Virus record (IMG/VR): IMGVR_UViG_3300050190_000017
Origin: a virus
Taxonomy: Duplodnaviria > Heunggongvirae > Uroviricota > Caudoviricetes
DNA length: 64,000 bases
Reading direction: 5' to 3' (one strand)
Positions within the stretch are counted from its first letter, which is position 1. Each line of letters starts with the position of its first letter. Under the pieces are notes generated by a model that was not told where the DNA came from, did no database searches, and saw only the letters and a program-made list of their open reading frames with translations. The position numbers and the translations under genes are program-made. Below are positions 1 through 9,211 of this stretch, one piece after another.

Positions 1-447
1 CTGTCGATTATCTCGGGTCAACTGACGCCGTATACGTTTGCCCAAGTTATGGTGAACGTGTCGCAGTGGGGCCTGAAAACGCCGCACGTGTTGATGGCAA
101 CCGATCTGTACATCGACATTATCGGTAACTCGGAATTCTACCACGCAATCGACCCGGTTGCTCGTCACGAGTTGCTGTTGACTGGTGAACTCGGTGTGAT
201 CTATGGGTGTACCGTTACGTCGGACGCATATCGTCACCCAGAACACAAGGTGCTAAACCAAGGTGAATTCTTCGTTATCTCGGATGCACTGAACCATGGT
301 GCTTACTCGGATCGCGGTGGTATTTCGTCGGAGCCGATTAGCGCAGGTGTTGAGAAGGTCAGCGGTCGTGGCTGGATCATCCAAGAGTCGATCGCTGTGG
401 CAGTTGCAAACAGTCGCTCGGTTGCTAAGGGCTACAGAATCGCCTGA
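1..447 (+). CDS. Probable major capsid protein, C-terminal part (5'-truncated by window)
   Basis: Frame is open from base 1. DPV...ELLxTGELGxIYG-type segment and terminal E-S-I-A-V-A-V-A-N-S-R-S-V-A-K-G strand resemble HK97-fold capsid C-termini; lies at the start of a structural cluster. Confidence 0.6.
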   Translation: MSIISGQLTPYTFAQVMVNVSQWGLKTPHVLMATDLYIDIIGNSEFYHAIDPVARHELLLTGELGVIYGCTVTSDAYRHPEHKVLNQGEFFVISDALNHGAYSDRGGISSEPISAGVEKVSGRGWIIQESIAVAVANSRSVAKGYRIA

Positions 448-470
448 GCGGTCTAACTGTTGAGTACGGT

Positions 471-490
471 GAGGCTAGTAAGTTAGCCTC
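471..490 (+). terminator. Stem-loop after the capsid gene (possible terminator or stabiliser)
   Basis: GAGGCTA-gtaagt-TAGCCTC inverted repeat; only a weak U-tract follows. Confidence 0.4.
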
Positions 491-526
491 CCTAATCAGA
501 ATTCATCTTGTAGAGGACATAGAAAA

Positions 527-967
527 GTGAAAACTTATAACAAAGCTTTGGACTGTTTGGCCTTGGCAGCCACGCAACTCCTGAAAGGTCGGCCAGTAAC
601 GGCTTCCAAGTTTCTGATGAAAGCAACGAAGATGCCGGACATTGTTGCAGCCATTAACATTATCGAAGCATCGAACCACCAAGCTTACACCCAAGCTAAG
701 GTGCAAGCTGCTAAGGCTAAACCGAAACAAGTTCGGGCTGCTGAAGACGAACTGGAAGATGAGTCGATTAAGAGTCTGGTCGGTGACGACGAAGACGAAA
801 TGGGTGGCGAAGAAGTGGATGCTGAAGCTGAAGGGTTTGAAGGCGAACCAGAAGAAGTGGAAGACGAAGCTATCGGCCACGAAGATGCAGAGATCGCAGC
901 ATCGTTGGCTAAGGTCCTGTCGTCTATGACGCAGCGTACCGCAGCTAAAGCAAAGCAGCGTAAGTAA
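527..967 (+). CDS. Acidic scaffold/head-core-like protein
   Basis: GAGG RBS; long D/E-rich tract; several V/I-x-A-[A/S] motifs; directly downstream of the capsid gene. Confidence 0.5.
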   Translation: MKTYNKALDCLALAATQLLKGRPVTASKFLMKATKMPDIVAAINIIEASNHQAYTQAKVQAAKAKPKQVRAAEDELEDESIKSLVGDDEDEMGGEEVDAEAEGFEGEPEEVEDEAIGHEDAEIAASLAKVLSSMTQRTAAKAKQRK

Positions 968-993
968 CAGCTAGGTAAGTAATCTACCTTAAT

Positions 994-1038
994 AGAGGGG
1001 TATGCGCCGGTTGCAAAAGCCGTCCCGCATACCCCTCT
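994..1038 (+). promoter_or_regulatory. Long intergenic hairpin (terminator or RNA processing site)
   Basis: 13-bp perfect stem AGAGGGGTATGCG / CGCATACCCCTCT enclosing a smaller CGGTT-GCAAA-AGCCG hairpin. Confidence 0.5.
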
Positions 1039-1069
1039 CTCCATTTCAACCCCTGAATCTGGAGGGCCC

Positions 1070-1744
1070 ATGGCTTCAGCAGGAGTAACACTGGTACCTA
1101 TAGACTCGATGACGCTGAGTGCCTTCCAGCAGAGGTGGCAGCAAGTCTTCAACTGTAGGTGCGTGTACACCAATAGCGTAGATAAGACGAAGGTATTAGA
1201 TAGAATATTTGGTGAGGGTAAGCCCCTTGAGTATCCTTATGCAACCTTTGAGATCCAGAGTGTTGCGGCTAATAAGGAGACCTACAGTACGCAGATGATG
1301 TTACGTAAGGGGCTGATCGTTAATGTTGATTCAGGTTCTACGGTGCAGCAGGTTCGGGTAATGCCTGCTAACTTCGAGTTGGCTATAACGTACACCACTA
1401 ACAAATTCGACTCAGTAGAACAGGGATCTGTACTGGCCTTTGCTAGACGATGGGTTCTAGCGTATCGAGGTGGGTATCTAAAATCTACTATCAACTATGG
1501 ACGTTTAGCATTCAACACCTGGTTGACGATGCCTGAGTCTGTGACAATCCCTACACTACCCAACATTGTCGAGTCTGAATCTGCGTACGTTATCACCGCA
1601 AATTTAACATTGCATGGGTATATAAGTGAGCCTATCCTAGCCTCGGGAGGCAAGGTCAATACGATCAACGTTCTATCGTCGGTCGGTGGCGTTAATCCCA
1701 AGCTGATAAGCTCACAAGTTTTCACTTTTCCAACAACAGATTAA
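1070..1744 (+). CDS. Putative tail completion/terminator-type structural protein
   Basis: GGAGG RBS; 224 aa beta-rich protein with YPYATF motif shortly upstream of the sheath gene; call is mostly positional. Confidence 0.45.
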   Translation: MASAGVTLVPIDSMTLSAFQQRWQQVFNCRCVYTNSVDKTKVLDRIFGEGKPLEYPYATFEIQSVAANKETYSTQMMLRKGLIVNVDSGSTVQQVRVMPANFELAITYTTNKFDSVEQGSVLAFARRWVLAYRGGYLKSTINYGRLAFNTWLTMPESVTIPTLPNIVESESAYVITANLTLHGYISEPILASGGKVNTINVLSSVGGVNPKLISSQVFTFPTTD

Positions 1745-1758
1745 TCTGGAGGTCTCGA

Positions 1759-2124
1759 ATGACGACCATTATCATGAACATCGGACGGGTGCCCTTACAA
1801 GTAGGGGTCATCAAACAGGTTAAAGGCAAACCTGTTAGTACGAGCGTACGGGTGCCAGGGCGAGGCCGCACACCAATGCCTACTGACTGTACAATCGATA
1901 ACAATTGGATGGCTCTGTACGGCAAGAACATCAAGTTAGTTGATAGTGCTACTGTGCAAGCCCCTGCTGTACCAGTAGCTAAAACGTCGAAGTCTAATGT
2001 GGCAGGTCGTATGGCTGCACAGAAGGTCATTGGTAGTCCTGTCAAACCTGCTACAGCAACACCGGCAGTTACTAAAGCTACACCCACGGCTCCGACCGTC
2101 AGTTCCCCAGCAGTTAAGACTTAA
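1759..2124 (+). CDS. Hypothetical protein with A/T/P/K-rich C-terminus
   Basis: GGAGG RBS; fills the gap before the sheath gene. Confidence 0.6.
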   Translation: MTTIIMNIGRVPLQVGVIKQVKGKPVSTSVRVPGRGRTPMPTDCTIDNNWMALYGKNIKLVDSATVQAPAVPVAKTSKSNVAGRMAAQKVIGSPVKPATATPAVTKATPTAPTVSSPAVKT

Positions 2125-2153
2125 CTGCTAACGACCATTAGGAGAAACACATT

Positions 2154-4091
2154 ATGACAATTAGTGCAGACCAAAGTTCAGCAGTGCTGGTCCAGGAAAT
2201 TAATTTGTCACAGGTAATCGTCTCTGCATCTACCTCTGTAGTTGCTCAGGTTATTGTGGCGAACCAAGGGCCTGTTGTACCAACCTTAATTACTAACACA
2301 CAGTCTTATCTAAACCAGTACGGTAATCCGAATGCGCAGGTGTCATTCGACGTTTATTGCGGACTGGATTACTTTAGTCAGGGTTCCCAACTATGGGGTC
2401 TTCGAGTAGTAGATCCCAGTGCGATGTACGCTGCGGTTCTTATGTGGACGGACGGTATGGAAACGTACCTAACCCAGATCACTGGAGGTGTAGCTGATCC
2501 TACCCAGCCTGATTGGATGGCGTTACTTCCTACTGGTACTGGTAACGAGGCAATTGCTTTGTTCTACCCAGCACTAGGCCCAGGACAGTACGGTGATAAC
2601 ACTGCGATTTCCATTACCTCTAACAATATTAACCCACCCACGGGACTAGCTGCTACTTCGTCTACTACTGGTGGTATGTTGGCGGCTTCAACGTATTCCT
2701 ACCAGGTGTCTGCTATTTCTGGTGCAGGTGGAACGCTGGCCACTAACATTGTTACTGTGGTTATTGCAGCAGGGACAACAACCAACGAGGTAACGTTGAC
2801 CTGGAACCCAGTTATTGGGGCTACTGGTTACAATGTGTACGGACGTGTTGCAGGTACCATTGGACTGTTGGCTACTGTAGGTGCGGCTACTACGACGTTC
2901 ACTGATACTGGTGCAGTAATGGCTAGTACCACCGTGTTCCCGATCACCAGTCCTGCTAAATTACCTCCAGCTAATCCTTTCTTCTCAGTTAATGTGTTTA
3001 ACACTGCACAGTCTAGCACGTATGCAGTTGAGAACTTCAATTGTTCTCTAACGGATATGACAGACCCGACTGGGATGGAAGCAGAGTTGGAGCAGCGAAT
3101 TAATCCGTTCTCCCAATGGATTCAGGTTACATCGAATGTACCGGCGTTGCTAACTGTTCCTACGGTAGAGACAGTGCCTATTATGAATATGGCAGGGGGT
3201 AACAACGGGTCACTCCCTACATCGTATGAGGTTGCAGCGGGTTGGGCTACGTTTAGTAACAAGCAGTTGTACCCAATCAATATCTTGTTGAACTCAGGTC
3301 ACAGTGATCCGACGGTCCAACGGGCTATGGATTCGTTGGCTCAGTCGCGTGGGGATTCCGTGTCCTTGCTCGATGTACCTAGTGCAAGTCAGGCTTTCCA
3401 ATCGGCTATTGATTACCGTAACCTGCAGTTGAATCTGAACTCCACGTATAGCGCGTTGTTTAGTCCCGATATGTTGGAGGCGGATACCATTAACGGTAAG
3501 CAACAATATGTACCGTTTAGTGGTTGGGCGGCTGCACTGTGTGCTCGTACCGATCGAGTGGCTAACCCTAGTTACAGTATCGCAGGTTTGAATCGTGGTA
3601 TTGTGAACGTGCTGGGTACACGCTATACGTATGACGCGGGTGAGATGAACTCGTTGTTCCAAGCGCAGGTTAACTATACTCAAACCTTCGTTGGTTCGGG
3701 TACTGCGCTGTGGGAACAACAGACGTTGAGTACTGAGTTCTCCGCATTGTCGTGGGTGTCGGTGCGGCGTATTGTGAACGTGTTGAAGACGTCACTGTAC
3801 TCGTTCTTGTTATACTCACTGCAAGAGCCCAATGACCAGTTCTTAGGGAACCAGATTGTAGGTAGCTGTAGCGCCTACCTTTTGGCACTTCAAAATGCGA
3901 GAGCAATCTCTAGTTTCGATGTGGTGTCGGATAGTAGTAATAATACGGCCCAGGATCTTAACAGCGGGATTAGGAACGTGACCGTAATTATTATCCCTAC
4001 CATACCGACGCATATTATCCAGTTGACGGTAGCCATCAGCCAGCAGGGTGTCAGTTTCGCAGAAACTTTAGCCCAGGTCGCCCCGTCCTGA
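2154..4091 (+). CDS. Contractile tail sheath protein with inserted FN3-like domain
   Basis: AGGAG RBS; sheath motifs (PSYSIAGLNRG, ALWEQQTL, SWVSVRRIVNVLK, EPND, VVSDSSNNT); VTLTWNPVIGATGYNVYGR FN3-like insert. Confidence 0.92.
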   Translation: MTISADQSSAVLVQEINLSQVIVSASTSVVAQVIVANQGPVVPTLITNTQSYLNQYGNPNAQVSFDVYCGLDYFSQGSQLWGLRVVDPSAMYAAVLMWTDGMETYLTQITGGVADPTQPDWMALLPTGTGNEAIALFYPALGPGQYGDNTAISITSNNINPPTGLAATSSTTGGMLAASTYSYQVSAISGAGGTLATNIVTVVIAAGTTTNEVTLTWNPVIGATGYNVYGRVAGTIGLLATVGAATTTFTDTGAVMASTTVFPITSPAKLPPANPFFSVNVFNTAQSSTYAVENFNCSLTDMTDPTGMEAELEQRINPFSQWIQVTSNVPALLTVPTVETVPIMNMAGGNNGSLPTSYEVAAGWATFSNKQLYPINILLNSGHSDPTVQRAMDSLAQSRGDSVSLLDVPSASQAFQSAIDYRNLQLNLNSTYSALFSPDMLEADTINGKQQYVPFSGWAAALCARTDRVANPSYSIAGLNRGIVNVLGTRYTYDAGEMNSLFQAQVNYTQTFVGSGTALWEQQTLSTEFSALSWVSVRRIVNVLKTSLYSFLLYSLQEPNDQFLGNQIVGSCSAYLLALQNARAISSFDVVSDSSNNTAQDLNSGIRNVTVIIIPTIPTHIIQLTVAISQQGVSFAETLAQVAPS

Positions 4092-4151
4092 CCTAGTAGT
4101 AAAGGCTACGCATAGCTAGTACAGTGTGCGTAGATCCCCCTAGGAGAACAA

Positions 4152-5012
4152 ATGTTCAAATTAAACGCAGCATCACGATTGTTAGCCTCCAGTGGGACTA
4201 GAGTTAAAGCCTCAGACATAGACGAGCACCAAGAGGAAGATGAGGTGGCAGTTAAAGACTTCCTTGAAACCAATCCAGTAACTGCTGCAGATACCCTAAG
4301 CTCTAGGGACGAGCGAGACACCTCAAGTGGTATGTTTGCCGCCGAAGAGTTAGGTGACGGCTATGCAAATCCTCCACGTACAAGCACTAGAGAATCAGGT
4401 ACTGCGTTCCCTATGGCTAAGCTGTTGGCTTCCCGGCTTCGGGCGGCAATTGAGAAGCACGGGGCTATGGGTGATAACTCGGTTTCCACGGATCCACTAC
4501 TCCAGGGTGTCGAGGATTCTAACCCCAGAGCAGTAGAGGCGGACTCCACTACGGACAATCCGTTCGATATGTTTGAGTCGAGCATACCCTCTATTGACAT
4601 TAACCTAGAGGACCAGCCGGATGTAGTGAGAGGTGCTAAGAGAAAGCCTGCTACTAAAAAGAAGCCAGCAGCTAAACGTAAGTCTAAGCCTAAAGCAATG
4701 CTAGACCGCTTGTTAGATGAGCAGTCTATCATGTATCAGAATGAGGCTTCGGTTGTGGAAGCAGACTCCACTGTGGACGTGGACTCCCCTCCTGGGTCGA
4801 CCTATGTTAAGTTCCCGGTCTCGCGTGATGAGGACGAGAACTACCTGGCGGCTACGTTCGATACGGGTTGTGAAAGTCATGAGATGCTAGGTGAACCTTC
4901 TGAAGAGGGCGAGGTTCAAATCCTTAGTGATGCAGACGAGGAACCTGAGGAGGTACTGGGTGATGCTGACGCCTTACATCTGTGGAACGTAGCCAATCAG
5001 CCTCTTAGCTAA
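4152..5012 (+). CDS. Acidic putative head-internal/core protein with MFKLNAASRL N-terminus
   Basis: AGGAG RBS; shared N-terminal peptide; acidic with a KRKPATKKKPAAKRK basic patch. Confidence 0.6.
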   Translation: MFKLNAASRLLASSGTRVKASDIDEHQEEDEVAVKDFLETNPVTAADTLSSRDERDTSSGMFAAEELGDGYANPPRTSTRESGTAFPMAKLLASRLRAAIEKHGAMGDNSVSTDPLLQGVEDSNPRAVEADSTTDNPFDMFESSIPSIDINLEDQPDVVRGAKRKPATKKKPAAKRKSKPKAMLDRLLDEQSIMYQNEASVVEADSTVDVDSPPGSTYVKFPVSRDEDENYLAATFDTGCESHEMLGEPSEEGEVQILSDADEEPEEVLGDADALHLWNVANQPLS

Positions 5013-5017
5013 CAATC

Positions 5018-5026
5018 AATTTCATA
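5018..5026 (+). promoter_or_regulatory. Candidate late promoter AATTTCATA
   Basis: Same 9-mer recurs about 20-40 nt upstream of several structural/lysis genes. Confidence 0.5.
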
Positions 5027-5047
5027 TTAAATAACTAGGAGTTAATT

Positions 5048-5554
5048 ATGGCTAGAACTTCTTTAGCTAACGTGCAGTCTATTGCTGATCCGGCGACAAG
5101 CTGGGAGTACGACCTCTTTTTGCCTGCCATCCCAGGCTCAGCTGATACTCGACAGCTTACCTATCGCTGCCAGTCTACTGCTTTGCCAGGTGCTGCTATG
5201 GACCCTGTGACTGTAGCCTTGCACGGTGTGGAACTTCGATACGCAGGTCGTGCTATTTATACGCACACCTTTGAATCAGTGTTCATGGAAGGTTCGGACT
5301 ACCTAACCCGTACCTCCTTCATTAACTGGCGTGAGAGTGCCCGTTCATGGGTGAACAATAGTGGAACGTTGGCTTCCGCTTATAAGGTGAACGGCCAGAT
5401 CGTGGTTTACAACTCGATCCCTAACGTAGTGAAGACTGTTAACGTCTATGGTATGTGGCCGGAAACAATTGCAGACTACGCAATGGACGGTACCGCATCG
5501 AATCTTGTTACCCTGTCTATTACGTGGAACTATGACTACCTTGTAGATGCATAG
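5048..5554 (+). CDS. Tail tube protein
   Basis: AGGAG RBS; 168 aa; CQSTALPG, YAGR, GMWP and LSITWNYDY segments typical of T4 gp19-like tubes; follows the sheath. Confidence 0.85.
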   Translation: MARTSLANVQSIADPATSWEYDLFLPAIPGSADTRQLTYRCQSTALPGAAMDPVTVALHGVELRYAGRAIYTHTFESVFMEGSDYLTRTSFINWRESARSWVNNSGTLASAYKVNGQIVVYNSIPNVVKTVNVYGMWPETIADYAMDGTASNLVTLSITWNYDYLVDA

Positions 5555-5570
5555 ACCCTAGGAGTTTAGA

Positions 5571-6179
5571 ATGATTAAGCTCCAAGCTGCCTCTAGGTTA
5601 TTGGCTAACTGGTGGGATGCCCTAGATGAGGACCAGAAAGAAGAATACATTGAGGAGCATCCCGATAGCAAATACGCTATGGGCTACGACGGAGAGGATG
5701 ACGATACATCCAAGCATAAGCCCAAGAAACTAAAGGATGGCCTTAAACCTCCGCCCAAGACTCTGAAAACTCCGAAGGCCCTTCTGGAAGGCCCGAGCGG
5801 TGAAGACGAGGACTCAGACGATACAACAAAGCCTAAACCAAAGAAGAATCCAGACGAGGAGAAGAGTCTAACTAAGTATCTCCTTCATAAGGGTGGGGAC
5901 GCAGCTAAGAAGAAGGCCAAGGAGCTGGTGAAGAAGGGAGGCCATGAAGTTATTCGTCGCCTACTTGATCCCCTGGAGCTTACTGACATAGGCAAGAAGG
6001 GCGAGCTACCAGAGCTACCCTTCAAATTTAAGTCTAAGGAAGGTAAGATTAAGGATCTCCAAGGAAAGCGTACTAAGCTGCGGAAGGAGATGAAGGGGTA
6101 CGGAAAGAATGTACCCCAGAAGCTCAAAGATCAGATGAAAGAATTGTCCGATAAGCTAGAAGGGCTTCAGGAGGACTAA
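5571..6179 (+). CDS. Lys/Asp/Glu-rich putative head-internal protein (MIKLQAASRL)
   Basis: Shared N-terminal peptide followed by WWDALDEDQKEEYIEEHPDSKY module. Confidence 0.6.
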   Translation: MIKLQAASRLLANWWDALDEDQKEEYIEEHPDSKYAMGYDGEDDDTSKHKPKKLKDGLKPPPKTLKTPKALLEGPSGEDEDSDDTTKPKPKKNPDEEKSLTKYLLHKGGDAAKKKAKELVKKGGHEVIRRLLDPLELTDIGKKGELPELPFKFKSKEGKIKDLQGKRTKLRKEMKGYGKNVPQKLKDQMKELSDKLEGLQED

Positions 6180-6261
6180 GGTACGATTCAGTACTGTAGT
6201 GATTCTAAACATTCATTAGCTGGCAGAACTGTACCATTACCAAAAAATTAAAGGATTAGAA

Positions 6262-6480
6262 ATGAAGATTCAACTTAACGCAGCAGCCCGACTTACAGAA
6301 GTTACTGCAGCGGAACATTCTGACACTGAGATAAAGCAGCTTCAGAACAAAATCGCCACTACTAAGCAACTGATCAGTATGGGTAGAGGTGGAGTAGCAG
6401 CTAGAGACGGACTACAGAAACTACAAGAAAAGATGAAAAAGATGCGAGAAGACAATCGTAAGGCCAAGAAGACTAAGTAA
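6262..6480 (+). CDS. Small basic putative head-internal protein (MKIQLNAAARL)
   Basis: AAGGA RBS; shared N-terminal peptide; Lys-rich helical body. Confidence 0.6.
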   Translation: MKIQLNAAARLTEVTAAEHSDTEIKQLQNKIATTKQLISMGRGGVAARDGLQKLQEKMKKMREDNRKAKKTK

Positions 6481-6563
6481 CCGCCGTACCGACCCGTAGA
6501 GGTTCACTACTGTTTCACACTTTCTTTCACAACAAAGTTGCTGCACAACTAAGGATATAAATC

Positions 6564-7322
6564 ATGAACAGCATTATGGACTACGCAAAGACTGTAAGCA
6601 TTACCGACTTCCGGATGAAGAGCGAGACGCTGGCTAAGGTGATGATCTCGTTCACTGGTAAGCAGACAAAGGAAGACATTCGTGCGGCTCTCCAACATAA
6701 GTTCAACAACCTGGCTGCTCCCGTTGAAGATAGCTTCCGTATCGTCAAAGCTGGTGTAGCTGTTGGGTTCGTTCGTTCTAACAAGGAAGTGCGGGTTGTC
6801 TCTGATAAAGAGTTGCGGGCATCCTATAAGGTAATGTCGTCCAACATTATGATGGATGATGCAGACAAGTCGCTGTGGGAAATTCGTGAGGGCAAGGCTG
6901 GTAAGTTCCTTGCACGTCATGGTCACGAGGACCTGTCGGAATTGGTTAATGCTTCGGTGCATCGCCGGTCGGACATTCCTGCATTGCGTAGCCTTCAGAT
7001 CGCTAAGGCTGCTTCAGGTGAGTTCGTCTCGTTTGTCTCGAAGTCGGGTGACATGGATCACGGTTTCGTAGTGGCTTCTAACGATAAGCAAGTTAAGGTG
7101 GTGTCGTCTACTACCCAAACTGCTGCCGTTGTTGATTATGATATGGTGACGGTTATCTCGCAGGTACCAATCCCCAAATCGTTTAGTCGTGCTATGGTGA
7201 AGGCTAACATTAGCCGTGCGGACCAGACCCAGGCCATTGAGTACTGGTCGAAGTTGTACAGCTATGCTCCGGATTATTTAGAAGAAATTCGGCGCCAGGT
7301 GGAAGAAGGCACGACTGCGTAA
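6564..7322 (+). CDS. Hypothetical protein, probably virion-associated
   Basis: AAGGA RBS; 252 aa ORF inside the structural cluster; no family recognised. Confidence 0.6.
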   Translation: MNSIMDYAKTVSITDFRMKSETLAKVMISFTGKQTKEDIRAALQHKFNNLAAPVEDSFRIVKAGVAVGFVRSNKEVRVVSDKELRASYKVMSSNIMMDDADKSLWEIREGKAGKFLARHGHEDLSELVNASVHRRSDIPALRSLQIAKAASGEFVSFVSKSGDMDHGFVVASNDKQVKVVSSTTQTAAVVDYDMVTVISQVPIPKSFSRAMVKANISRADQTQAIEYWSKLYSYAPDYLEEIRRQVEEGTTA

Positions 7323-7340
7323 TCAACTAGGGCTACTAAT

Positions 7341-7691
7341 ATGAAGATTCAACTTAACGCAGCAGCGCGGCTGATGGAAACTACGGAAGTAGTCGCAGCC
7401 CCATCCTGGTTCACTTCTCTCAATCCGGAGATGCAAAGAGAGTACCTTAAGCGTCATCCCGACTCGAAGCTTGCTAAGGACGCCGGAAAACCAGCACCTA
7501 AACCAAAAAACCCAGCAAAGCCGAAGGTATCTAAGGCCCCTGCTGATCGCAAGACTACAGTGCAGCAACGTATCAAGAAGATTCAAACACGGCTCAAGCA
7601 GCTGACACGGGATCCAGAAGCGGATGAAGTAGAAGTTTCTGAGCTTGAGCAGGATCTCCGCAAGTACAAAGAGGATCTCACAAAACTGTAA
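7341..7691 (+). CDS. Basic putative head-internal protein (MKIQLNAAARL)
   Basis: Shared N-terminal peptide plus WFTSLNPEMQREYLKRHPDSKL module and coiled-coil tail. Confidence 0.6.
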   Translation: MKIQLNAAARLMETTEVVAAPSWFTSLNPEMQREYLKRHPDSKLAKDAGKPAPKPKNPAKPKVSKAPADRKTTVQQRIKKIQTRLKQLTRDPEADEVEVSELEQDLRKYKEDLTKL

Positions 7692-7709
7692 CTAACCGGG
7701 TAACCAAAT

Positions 7710-7741
7710 AGCCCCATTGAAAATTATACTTCAATGGGGCT
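7710..7741 (+). terminator. 12-bp hairpin immediately upstream of the oxidoreductase operon
   Basis: AGCCCCATTGAA-aattatac-TTCAATGGGGCT followed by CTTCTATTT. Confidence 0.55.
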
Positions 7742-7753
7742 CTTCTATTTACT

Positions 7754-8236
7754 ATGAAAATTACACTGAATATAAACGAGCAACGGTACTCTGGTGATCT
7801 TGAACCCAGGGTAACGCTGCTCGATGCAATCCGTGAACGTGCCGGGTTGATGGGAACAAAGAAAGGCTGCGACAGAGGACAGTGTGGAGCATGTACTGTA
7901 CTGGTTGACGGTCGGCGTATCAACTCCTGTTTAACGTTAGCCGTTATGCACGACGGTCAAGAGATCACTACTGTAGAGGGACTTGCTGAAGGTGACAAAC
8001 TCAGCGATCTTCAACAAGCCTTCCTCGACTACGATGCTTTCCAATGCGGCTACTGTACCCCAGGTCAACTGTGTTCAGCTTCAGCATTGCTAAATGAATT
8101 AGACCGTGGGGAACTGAGTGCTGTCTCAGGTGCCTCACTGGATGACGAGATCAAAGAGCGTATGAGCGGCAACCTCTGTCGCTGTGGAGCATATCCCAAT
8201 ATCGTTAAGGCGATCAAAGCAGTATCGGAGACCTAG
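7754..8236 (+). CDS. yagT: Xanthine dehydrogenase family / aldehyde oxidoreductase 2x[2Fe-2S] subunit (PaoA/YagT-like, no Tat leader)
   Basis: GTKKGCDRGQCGACTV...SC and QCGYCTPG...GNLCRCG: both [2Fe-2S] cysteine sets intact. Confidence 0.95.
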   Translation: MKITLNINEQRYSGDLEPRVTLLDAIRERAGLMGTKKGCDRGQCGACTVLVDGRRINSCLTLAVMHDGQEITTVEGLAEGDKLSDLQQAFLDYDAFQCGYCTPGQLCSASALLNELDRGELSAVSGASLDDEIKERMSGNLCRCGAYPNIVKAIKAVSET

Positions 8237-9211
8237 ATGGAAAACTTCTCCTACATTCGAGCCACAGATATTCAAAGCGCACTGAGTGCTAACGGTACAT
8301 TCATTGCAGGAGGCACTAACCTCCTGGACTTGATGAAGGGCTGCGTAGAACATCCGTCCGGCCTTGTTGACATTACTCACGTACCAGGACTAGACAAGAT
8401 TGAGGAGCTCCCTAACGGTGGGTTCCGTATTGGGGCAACAGTTCGCAATAGCGATGCCGCCAACCATCCGGTAGTCCGTACTAAGTATTCCCTATTAAGC
8501 CAGGCTATTCTATCGGGTGCATCCGCTCAGTTGCGTAACATGGCAACCACTGGTGGTAACTTGATGCAGCGTACTCGTTGTGGTTACTTCTACGATACGA
8601 TGTTTAGCGAATGCAACAAGCGCGAACCCGGTAGTGGCTGTGCTGCTATTAATGGTGCTAGTCGCAACATGGCTATCTTTGGTTCTAGCCCTCAGTGTAT
8701 TGCCACCAACCCATCTGATATGAGTGTAGCATTAGCTGCGCTAGATGCAGTTGTGCAGGTGGTAGGGCCTAAAGGCAAACGCAGTATTCCAATCACTGAC
8801 TTCCATCGTCTCCCTGAGGATACCCCCGAGATTGATACCGTTCTACAGCAAGGAGAGCTCATAGTCTCCGTAGACCTCCCGCCCCATGAGTTCACACACG
8901 TTCACTATTTGAAAGTCCGAGATCGTCATAGCTTTGCATTCGCTGTGGTCTCTGTTGCAGTAGCGTTAAAGATGGAAGGTAATGTAGTGCAAGATATTAG
9001 GATCGCTTTAGGTGGTGTTGCGTTAAAGCCGTGGAGAGCGTCAATAGCAGAGAAGCTGTTGATTGGTAAGGAGCTAACTTCAGACGCGCTAAAGGAAGCA
9101 TCCGTAGCTGAACTACTGAAAGCAAAGCCTGCTAGGGATAACCGATTCAAAGTAAGGTTAGCACAACGTTCCATCGTGCGCGCCATTAACACAGCTAGAG
9201 GTGTACAGTGA
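8237..9211 (+). CDS. yagS: Aldehyde oxidoreductase FAD-binding subunit (PaoB/YagS-like) with [4Fe-4S] insert
   Basis: [53 protein letters not shown] (four Cys), [21 protein letters not shown]. Confidence 0.95.
   Translation: [324 protein letters not shown]

Noticed and set aside
7754-7783. MKITLNINEQ start of the Fe-S subunit as a capsid-targeting leader
   Set aside because: It shares MKIxLN but lacks AA(A/S)RL, and MKIxLxVN-type starts are the normal first strand of this ferredoxin family.
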